From a virus, in UHGV virus genome UHGV-0344763: 24,343 nucleotides of DNA; one strand, written 5' to 3'. Shown in pieces: positions 18,949 through 24,343 of the stretch (position 1 is its first letter; the number at the start of each line of letters is the position of its first letter). The notes below the pieces were generated by a model. It worked only from the letters and a program-made list of their open reading frames with translations, made no database searches and had not been told where the DNA came from. Both the position numbers and the translations under genes were made by a program.

Positions 18949-19448
18949 GATTCGATGATTTTCAGAAACGGGTTAGTAGCTTTCTTCTGCCCCGCCAGGC
19001 CAATCAGACGCTGGCGGCTGCTGGGGTCGAGTCCGAGCATTGCCCCCGTGCTGCTCATCTCGGACTCCTGTTCTTTTTTGGCGGTCAGCTCAGGATTTTT
19101 GACCATACCGCCCATTGCACCGGTGATGGTGTTGCCCTGTCTGGCAATATTTTTCACGGCACGTCGCCAGAACTCATAGGCCACACACCACCGCTCAAGC
19201 ACCGCGAGGTCAGTCACGCACAGCAGGCCCTGACCGCAAAGTTCTTTAGTTGTCAGTTGCCACATGATCGTGGCGAGAGGGAGATCTTCTTCAGCGAACC
19301 ACTCCGGTGGCTCAACACCTTTGATGGGCGTAAAAACAGGTTCATCTTTATTCAGGGCTCGCTTGCCGGGGTTTCCGGCCAGCGCCTTGCGCGCCGTTGG
19401 CTTGGGGCGACGCCCGGAACGCCCCGCCGTTCCAGCCATATGCGGCAC
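18945..19448 (-). CDS. Terminase small subunit (P27 family)
   Basis: 167 aa; basic N-terminus; directly upstream of the large terminase gene and downstream of HNH/cos region. Confidence 0.85.
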   Translation of the reverse strand: MPHMAGTAGRSGRRPKPTARKALAGNPGKRALNKDEPVFTPIKGVEPPEWFAEEDLPLATIMWQLTTKELCGQGLLCVTDLAVLERWCVAYEFWRRAVKNIARQGNTITGAMGGMVKNPELTAKKEQESEMSSTGAMLGLDPSSRQRLIGLAGQKKATNPFLKIIES

Positions 19449-19564
19449 TCCTGGTTAAATTTCATTTTTCGCGGGTATAAAAAAACGATGGGGCGGGCAG
19501 TCCGGAAGACGTCAGGTCACAGAGATTTGACCCGCCCCTCCCCTCAGACAGTTGAGAATTATTA
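19449..19564. other. Candidate cos / packaging-initiation region
   Basis: Intergenic between HNH and small terminase genes (the cos position in HK97-like phages); inverted repeat tggggcgggc (~19489-19498) and gacccgcccc (~19529-19538) flanking ~30 bp, followed by a T-run on the minus strand. Confidence 0.4.
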
Positions 19565-19915
19565 TCACTTTAACCGTTCACGGGCCGTCTTCGCCTTATG
19601 GCAGGGCCAGCACAGACTCTGCAGATTACTGTCGGCATCAGTGCCGCCATGCGCTTTAGGGATGATGTGGTCAACGGTTTTCGCCTCACGCACCACACCG
19701 GCACGCAGACATAACTGACACAGACCTTTGTCACGCTTCAGAACACGCGCGCGGATACTGTCCCACTTCGAACCGTAGCCGCGCTGATGACGGGATTGTC
19801 CAGGTTTGTATTGCTTCCAGCCTTCGCTTTTGTGGCTTTCGCAGTAGCCTGAAGGGTCAGTAGTGGTATGGCGGCAGCCGCGAACACGGCAGGCTTTCGG
19901 GGTTCGTGGCGGCAT
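19565..19915 (-). CDS. HNH endonuclease (packaging-associated)
   Basis: 116 aa; Cys-rich N-terminus and the H-N-H core (DHIIPKAHGGTDADSNLQSLCWPCH). Confidence 0.85.
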   Translation of the reverse strand: MPPRTPKACRVRGCRHTTTDPSGYCESHKSEGWKQYKPGQSRHQRGYGSKWDSIRARVLKRDKGLCQLCLRAGVVREAKTVDHIIPKAHGGTDADSNLQSLCWPCHKAKTARERLK

Positions 19916-19963
19916 TAATGCTTCCCTTTAAGTTATTACGATGGAACAGACCATAGAAATGGC

Positions 19964-19988
19964 AATAAAAAACCGCCCGGAGGCGGTT
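19964..19988 (-). terminator. Rho-independent terminator downstream of the moron ORF
   Basis: Minus-strand sense aaCCGCCtccgGGCGGTTTTTTatt: GC stem, 4-nt loop, U-tract, ~20 nt after the stop of ORF 20008..20328. Confidence 0.6.
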
Positions 19989-20007
19989 CAATTATCATCT
20001 CGATAAA

Positions 20008-20328
20008 CTAAATCAGATCACCAATGTATTTTGCACTAATTGAAATTTGCATCTGAGGCATTCCGACCACAGATCCATTTAACAGGTAATCACGTCCTCG
20101 TTCCTGCAAAGAAAGACTCAATTCAAAGTTCTTTACCCCAGGGAAAACCGAGGTGACATTTAAATCATGCTGCGATACGCGCAGAATAAGTTGGCTACCG
20201 TCAATTTTTCCCTGATACGTAAAACCAAAATCTCCGCCGTTTACTGCATTGTTTTTGACAACTACGGTACCATTACCAAAATCACGTTGATTGCTTCTGA
20301 AAACAACAAAATAGATACCATCTTTCAT
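20008..20328 (-). CDS. Hypothetical protein, low-GC moron between lysis cassette and HNH/cos
   Basis: 106 aa, no signal peptide; markedly AT-rich compared with flanking phage genes; AT-rich upstream region with promoter-like hexamers; own terminator. Confidence 0.7.
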   Translation of the reverse strand: MKDGIYFVVFRSNQRDFGNGTVVVKNNAVNGGDFGFTYQGKIDGSQLILRVSQHDLNVTSVFPGVKNFELSLSLQERGRDYLLNGSVVGMPQMQISISAKYIGDLI

Positions 20329-20420
20329 GTGTAAAGCCCTTTAAAAGAGTCACCAAAATCAGGTGCTTTGTATCTATTGGGCCATCACATATCAAATCAA
20401 GGAACAAAACAAAGTTAACA

Positions 20421-20690
20421 TCATTTTTTTTGCATGATGTGACCACGCTCAACTTCAATCCTTCTGATGTCAGCTTTATCGGTATTACACTGCGCCAATG
20501 CAGACAACAAGGCGACATTCAGATCTAAGCTCGAGCCCCACGTAAAATGATCAGGTAAATCAGGCTGAGGGGTTTCAGCCGTCAGGCTGGCTGGTAACGG
20601 AACTACCGGAACCTGGACGTAAACTGTTCGCGTACTTCCGCAACCGGTCAGCAGCGGCAGCAGGCACAGGACGTGAAGCACAATCATCAT
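20421..20690 (-). CDS. Rz1-like o-spanin (outer-membrane lipoprotein)
   Basis: Internal start MMIVLHVLCLLPLLTGCGS... with lipobox LTGC and Pro-rich mature part; begins inside Rz in another frame and extends past its stop. Start codon choice uncertain. Confidence 0.6.
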   Translation of the reverse strand: MMIVLHVLCLLPLLTGCGSTRTVYVQVPVVPLPASLTAETPQPDLPDHFTWGSSLDLNVALLSALAQCNTDKADIRRIEVERGHIMQKK

Positions 20691-20967
20691 CCGCAACAGC
20701 CACTTTGATATCTTCCTGGGTTCTCTGTGACTCCAGTGCGATCTGCTGTTTTGCATGCTGGTTAGCCTCTATAACTGTATTGATGATTTGCAGTGATTGC
20801 AGGACGTTACTGGTAATGGCTGTTGCAGATTCAGCATTTCGTACAGCCTCATCAGCACGCTCCTTTTCGTGTTGATATTTGCTGTAGTAATGCCCGGCAG
20901 ACCAGATAAAAGAACCGATGACGGTAACAAAGAAGGCAACAATAACCAGCTTATATCTCAGCTTCAT
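20575..20967 (-). CDS. Rz-like i-spanin
   Basis: 130 aa; N-terminal TM helix (LVIVAFFVTVIGSFIW) then charged helical region; immediately downstream of endolysin. Confidence 0.7.
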   Translation of the reverse strand: MKLRYKLVIVAFFVTVIGSFIWSAGHYYSKYQHEKERADEAVRNAESATAITSNVLQSLQIINTVIEANQHAKQQIALESQRTQEDIKVAVADDDCASRPVPAAAADRLRKYANSLRPGSGSSVTSQPDG

Positions 20968-21427
20968 TTACCACCCCACCAGCTTCTTTAAATCGGGAAA
21001 TCAGGTCACCGATTCTATGTTCATACTGACCGTAACCTGCACCAGGTAACGACGCCCAGATATTGCTGCAACGGTCGATTGCCTGACGAATATCGCCGCG
21101 GTCAATCATCGGTAAAGCGCCACGCTCTTTAATCTGCTGCAGCGCTACAGCATCCTGACTTTCTGGAGAAAAATCTTTCAGACCAAGTTGCTTGCGGTAG
21201 GAATCCCACCAGCGAGAAAGAAGCTGGTAACGTCCGGCGGCTGTTGATTTGAGTTTTGGGTTTAGCGTGACAAGTTTGCGAGGGTGATCGGAGTAATCAG
21301 TGAATAGCTCTCCGCCTACAATGACGTCATAACCATGATTTCTGGTTTTCTGACGTCCGTTATCAGTTCCCTCCGACCACGCCAGCATATCGAGGAACGC
21401 CTTACGTTGATTATTGATTTCTACCAT
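20951..21427 (-). CDS. R: Endolysin R (lambda-type lytic transglycosylase)
   Basis: 158 aa, [39 protein letters not shown]... closely matches my recollection of lambda R. Confidence 0.9.
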   Translation of the reverse strand: MVEINNQRKAFLDMLAWSEGTDNGRQKTRNHGYDVIVGGELFTDYSDHPRKLVTLNPKLKSTAAGRYQLLSRWWDSYRKQLGLKDFSPESQDAVALQQIKERGALPMIDRGDIRQAIDRCSNIWASLPGAGYGQYEHRIGDLISRFKEAGGVVNEAEI

Positions 21428-21734
21428 CTTCTACTCCGGCTTTTTTAGCAGCGAAGCGTTTGATAAGCGAACCAATCGAGTCAGTACCGATGTAGCCGAT
21501 AAACACGCTCGTTATATAAGCGAGATTGCTACTTAGTCCGGCGAAGTCGAGAAGGTCACGAATGAACCAGGCGATAATGGCGCACATCGTTGCGTCGATT
21601 ACTGTTTTTGTAAACGCACCGCCATTATATCTGCCGCGAAGGTACGCCATTGCAAACGCAAGGATTGCCCCGATGCCTTGTTCCTTTGCCGCGAGAATGG
21701 CGGCCAACAGGTCATGTTTTTCTGGCATCTTCAT
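21411..21734 (-). CDS. S: Holin S (class I, lambda S107/S105 type with MKM dual start)
   Basis: 107 aa, [39 protein letters not shown]... matches lambda S as I recall it; three TM segments. Confidence 0.9.
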   Translation of the reverse strand: MKMPEKHDLLAAILAAKEQGIGAILAFAMAYLRGRYNGGAFTKTVIDATMCAIIAWFIRDLLDFAGLSSNLAYITSVFIGYIGTDSIGSLIKRFAAKKAGVEDGRNQ

Positions 21735-21737
21735 GTC

Positions 21738-21755
21738 TTACCCCCAATAAGGGGA
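21738..21755 (-). promoter_or_regulatory. Stem-loop over the S ribosome-binding site (sdi-like)
   Basis: Minus-strand sense CCCCttattGGGGGtaagacATG: the hairpin 3-prime arm overlaps the Shine-Dalgarno region for Met1. Confidence 0.5.
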
Positions 21756-21976
21756 TTTGCTCTATTTAATTAGGAATAAGGTCGATTACTGATAGAACAA
21801 ATCCAGGCTACTGTGTTTAGTAATCAGATTTGTTCGTGACCGATATGCACGGGCAAAACGGCAGGATGTTGTTAGCGCGACCTCCTGCCACCCGCTTTCA
21901 CGAAGGTCATGTGTAGAAGGCCGCAGCGTAACTATCACTGATGAATTCAGGATAGCCAGTGGCTACGGCTCAGTTA

Positions 21977-22052
21977 TGGTGCTGTTTAACGGACTTGAAC
22001 CGCTACCCATTCGCTTACAAGGCGACCGCTCTACCATTGGAGCTAAAACAGC
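21977..22052 (-). tRNA. tRNA, anticodon UGU (Thr) by hand folding
   Basis: GCTGTTTTAGCTCCAATGGTAGAGCGGTCGCCTTGTAAGCGAATGGGTAGCGGTTCAAGTCCGTTAAACAGCACCA: perfect 7-bp acceptor stem, D-arm with GG, TTCAAGT T-loop, encoded CCA; one G.A mismatch at the top of the anticodon stem. Confidence 0.7.
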
Positions 22053-22057
22053 ATGTT

Positions 22058-22132
22058 TGGCGGGACAGCGTGGACTCGAACCACGATAAGAAGGTTAACA
22101 GCCTTCCGTAATCACCTTTATACGACTGACCC
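22058..22132 (-). tRNA. tRNA-like gene, anticodon GUU (Asn-like), atypical
   Basis: GGGTCAGTCGTATAAAGGTGATTACGGAAGGCTGTTAACCTTCTTATCGTGGTTCGAGTCCACGCTGTCCCGCCA: perfect anticodon stem and CUGUUAA loop, canonical T-arm, encoded CCA, but mismatches in acceptor stem (T.T) and D-stem. Confidence 0.5.
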
Positions 22133-22136
22133 AAAT

Positions 22137-22178
22137 AAAAAAAGCCACCGTTGCAACTTAAGAGTCACTAACGGCAGC
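22137..22178 (-). terminator. Candidate tR-prime-like terminator of the short constitutive late transcript
   Basis: Minus-strand sense gctgccgtt...aacggtggc followed by TTTTTTT, ~40 nt downstream of the candidate late promoter; stem is imperfect. Confidence 0.4.
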
Positions 22179-22188
22179 TTACCTTCTA

Positions 22189-22218
22189 ATTATGGCTAAA
22201 TGGATAATTGCATGTCAA
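22189..22218 (-). promoter_or_regulatory. Candidate late promoter (pR-prime-like) overlapping the 3-prime end of Q
   Basis: Minus-strand sense TTGACA (plus ~22213-22218), 18-bp spacer, CATAAT (plus ~22189-22194). Confidence 0.5.
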
Positions 22219-22714
22219 GGCTTTTAACAGCAACATGCTTAACTTTCTCAACACGTTTACGCATTTTGAAAGCATTTTGCATTGGCTGGTACAAAACAAA
22301 TAACGATGCTTTCAGGATGTCGTCAATTTCGTTTCTACAGGTTGCTAGTGAAGGTTTTCTCCATCCCTCGCCACCACGTCCACACATCTTGCGTGGCTTT
22401 GCAGTCGCGTGATAGTAGGATGCAATTGCTCGCTTAGATGAACCATGAGCGTAGTAGCTGAGGAGGATGCCAAAGGCTTTCTTGTCAATGCACATGACGG
22501 AATCGACGACCTGAGAAATCAACATTCCATCATCATCATTGCACATTGGCCTTGTCATAACTCTTCCCGGCTCTACGCTCTCCATGAACTTCGCTATTAC
22601 GCTGCTCATGCGCTTTTCCAGACGACCTGAATAAACCCATGCGCCCCACAGTTCAAGCCAGCCATTCAGCCACTCATGCTGTTCTTTGGTGAGGTTTAGT
22701 TCTCTTATGCCCAC
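22196..22714 (-). CDS. Late antiterminator Q (non-lambda Q type)
   Basis: 172 aa located between the nin/phosphatase genes and the lysis cassette, ending at a strong promoter plus nearby terminator; Cys-containing central region. Assignment is mainly positional. Confidence 0.6.
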   Translation of the reverse strand: MGIRELNLTKEQHEWLNGWLELWGAWVYSGRLEKRMSSVIAKFMESVEPGRVMTRPMCNDDDGMLISQVVDSVMCIDKKAFGILLSYYAHGSSKRAIASYYHATAKPRKMCGRGGEGWRKPSLATCRNEIDDILKASLFVLYQPMQNAFKMRKRVEKVKHVAVKSLDMQLSI

Positions 22715-23376
22715 GCGCCTTCTCCCTGTACCTGAATCAATGTGAGGTTTCCGCAGAACACTGCGCCGGTATCGATATACATTTGGTTGGCAAATTTAAG
22801 TGGTTTCACTGCTGGCGTATGACCAAAGATAAACGTGTCCGCGCCTTTAATTTCTTTAACGATCCCGTCTTGTGAGTTGCTGATTCGTTCGCGGTTCCAG
22901 ATTACCTGCTGATGATCAACTGGCTTTCCAAATTCGTATTCGTCACAAGGATAATCGGCGTGGCAGATGACATATTTTTTACCTTTGCTCACCAGTTCGA
23001 TGATTAACGGAAGTTCTTCTGCTTTATGGGCAAGAGCTTTAGCCAGAATTTCTTTGTCGTAATCGAGATTAAAGAACCAGCCACCGCCATTAAGCAGCCA
23101 GTGATTAACGTTTCCACGCTCTGATAAGCCATCAATCATCATTTGCTCATGGTTTCCACGTACAGCTCTGAACCAGGGGAATGTGATTAATTCCAGGCAT
23201 TCAACGTTCTCTGCACCACGATCAACCAAATCGCCCACCGAGATAAGCAGGTCTTTTTTGTTGTCGAATCCAATCGTATCCAGTTTGTTCATCAGGTTCG
23301 TGTAGCATCCGTGCAGATCGCCAACTACCCAAATATTTCGGTATTTGCTGCCATCAATTCTTTCGTAGATATTCAT
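22705..23376 (-). CDS. Ser/Thr protein phosphatase (lambda PPase, ORF221-like)
   Basis: 223 aa with metallophosphatase motifs GDLHGC, GDLVDRG, GNHE; closely matches my recollection of lambda phosphatase. Confidence 0.9.
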   Translation of the reverse strand: MNIYERIDGSKYRNIWVVGDLHGCYTNLMNKLDTIGFDNKKDLLISVGDLVDRGAENVECLELITFPWFRAVRGNHEQMMIDGLSERGNVNHWLLNGGGWFFNLDYDKEILAKALAHKAEELPLIIELVSKGKKYVICHADYPCDEYEFGKPVDHQQVIWNRERISNSQDGIVKEIKGADTFIFGHTPAVKPLKFANQMYIDTGAVFCGNLTLIQVQGEGAWA

Positions 23377-23984
23377 GCAGCCTCACTTCTGCTGTTTCGC
23401 AGTTTTTTAAGTTTCTGTTGATACTCCGCCTTGATGGCCCTGCACTCTTCGACAGTCCAGCGATGGCGGTTATGGTTTGATTCGATTTCGTCTACTGCTT
23501 CCTGCCCGATGCGGTTAATCAGTTCGACGCGATACGGAACGAGATTTCCGCTTTTGTGCTGGTTGCACACCACGCATTGCTTGTGAATATTGCGTTCATC
23601 AAATCGGAGTTGAGGCGCCGCAGCAGTTGTCCGGTAATGCCCGGCATCCCACTGAGCAGACGTGAGCGTTCCGCACGAGATACATGGTAAGTCGCGGTCT
23701 CTTTCTCTGATGAAGGCGTTTACGGCTTGTTGGGCTTGTTTAATCCAGTAACTGCGGGGCTTTAAGGCGAGTTTTCGAATCTTAAGTTTATCTTTCTGTT
23801 TCTGCTCCTCTCGTCGTCGTTTCTTCTCTGCTGCCTTTTCCGCTTTTTCGCGTTCTTTGCTTCGTCGTTCGAGTGCTATCTTGGTTCCACACTCTGGAGA
23901 GCACCACCACTGATTGGCGAATGCAGGGTGAAACCATTCCCGACATTCATCGTTTTTACATCGTCTTCGCGCTGGTTTAGCCAT
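23373..23984 (-). CDS. ninG: NinG (Rap) recombination protein
   Basis: 203 aa; Cys-rich N- and central regions ([10 protein letters not shown]..., CISCG...[11 protein letters not shown]) typical of NinG; position between ninF and the phosphatase. Confidence 0.85.
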   Translation of the reverse strand: MAKPARRRCKNDECREWFHPAFANQWWCSPECGTKIALERRSKEREKAEKAAEKKRRREEQKQKDKLKIRKLALKPRSYWIKQAQQAVNAFIRERDRDLPCISCGTLTSAQWDAGHYRTTAAAPQLRFDERNIHKQCVVCNQHKSGNLVPYRVELINRIGQEAVDEIESNHNRHRWTVEECRAIKAEYQQKLKKLRNSRSEAA

Positions 23985-24147
23985 CGTCTTCTTCCTCGTG
24001 CATCGAGCTATTCGGATCGCTCATCAGTTCTGCGCAGCAGTGCTCACACACGTGAACTTCCAGCACATGCAGCTTCTGACCGCAGTTAGCGCACGTTAAA
24101 GCTCGCTCGACACTTCCTTGTTCGTAACTTCGATTTTGGTCAATCAC
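23977..24147 (-). CDS. ninF: NinF (56 aa; not in ORF track)
   Basis: Hand translation [56 protein letters not shown] matches lambda NinF from ...[15 protein letters not shown] onward; GTG start overlaps the ninE stop (GTGA) and the stop overlaps the ninG start. Confidence 0.7.
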   Translation of the reverse strand: MIDQNRSYEQGSVERALTCANCGQKLHVLEVHVCEHCCAELMSDPNSSMHEEEDDG

Positions 24148-24326
24148 CTTGTTTTCCTCGCACGTTCTCTAAGCCACCGGATATCCCACAGGTGAGCCGT
24201 GTAATTGAAGGTTTTTACGTCAGATTCTTTTGGGATTGGCTTGCGTTTATTTCTGGAGCGTTTCGTTGGAAGGTATTTGCAGTTTTCACAGATTATGTCG
24301 GTGATACTTCGTCGCTGTCTCGCCAC
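24144..24326 (-). CDS. ninE: NinE-like protein
   Basis: 60 aa basic protein ([30 protein letters not shown]...), immediately upstream of ninF; GTG start preceded by GGAGG. Confidence 0.6.
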   Translation of the reverse strand: MARQRRSITDIICENCKYLPTKRSRNKRKPIPKESDVKTFNYTAHLWDIRWLRERARKTR

Positions 24327-24343
24327 ACGTCCTCCTTTTCCTG

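Larger units (their letters stand above)
1..24343 (-). mobile_element. Partial lambdoid prophage, late region (nin region, Q, lysis, packaging, head, Mu-like tail); the window probably ends near one prophage edge at its low-coordinate side
   Basis: Contiguous, tightly packed minus-strand phage genes in canonical late-operon order; plus-strand ORFs in the track are mostly antisense shadows. Confidence 0.9.

Noticed and set aside
20282-20518. Minus-strand 78-aa ORF
   Set aside because: Overlaps the Rz1 3-prime end and the moron promoter region and start; Cys/Phe-rich odd composition, likely spurious.
21735-22195. Shiga toxin or other cargo genes in the Q-to-S interval
   Set aside because: The interval is only ~460 bp and is accounted for by the two tRNAs, the promoter/terminator and the holin leader; there is no room for stxAB-sized ORFs and none appear in any frame.
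22200-22412. Plus-strand 70-aa ORF
   Set aside because: Antisense to the Q-like gene; begins inside the candidate late promoter region; no support.
1-24343. CRISPR array, integrase or attachment site
   Set aside because: No spaced direct-repeat array and no integrase/recombinase other than the invertase fragment were seen; prophage ends are probably outside or at the extreme edge of the window.

Overview
This window is the late (morphogenesis and lysis) region of a mosaic lambdoid prophage of an enterobacterium, transcribed almost entirely on the minus strand (right to left). No toxin, CRISPR array or integrase is visible. All calls are by eye from the ORF translations and the raw sequence; no searches were run, and hand-derived coordinates for RNAs and sites may be off by 1-2 nt.

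Reading in the direction of transcription (high to low coordinates):
- **nin region:** ninE, ninF (56 aa, below the ORF-track cutoff), ninG and a lambda-type Ser/Thr phosphatase.
- **Late control:** a Q-like antiterminator (not lambda-Q type), followed by a candidate late promoter and a short-transcript terminator.
- **tRNAs:** two tandem tRNA genes, read by hand as Thr(UGU) and an atypical Asn(GUU)-like.
- **Lysis cassette:** holin S with the MKM dual start and upstream hairpin, endolysin R, and overlapping Rz/Rz1 spanins.
- **Moron:** a low-GC 106-aa ORF with its own terminator.
- **Packaging and head:** HNH endonuclease, a candidate cos region, P27-family small terminase, large terminase, a 60-aa membrane ORF, HK97-type portal, prohead protease and major capsid, then connector/adaptor proteins.
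- **Tail:** a Mu-like contractile tail (sheath, tube, chaperone with a -1 frameshift, tape measure, DNA circulation protein, baseplate), ending in a tail-fibre cassette.

The most unusual features are the tail-fibre cassette, which is organised as a G-segment-like invertible switch whose invertase gene is a pseudogene fused to a tail-fibre-assembly gene fragment, and the unidentified low-GC moron.
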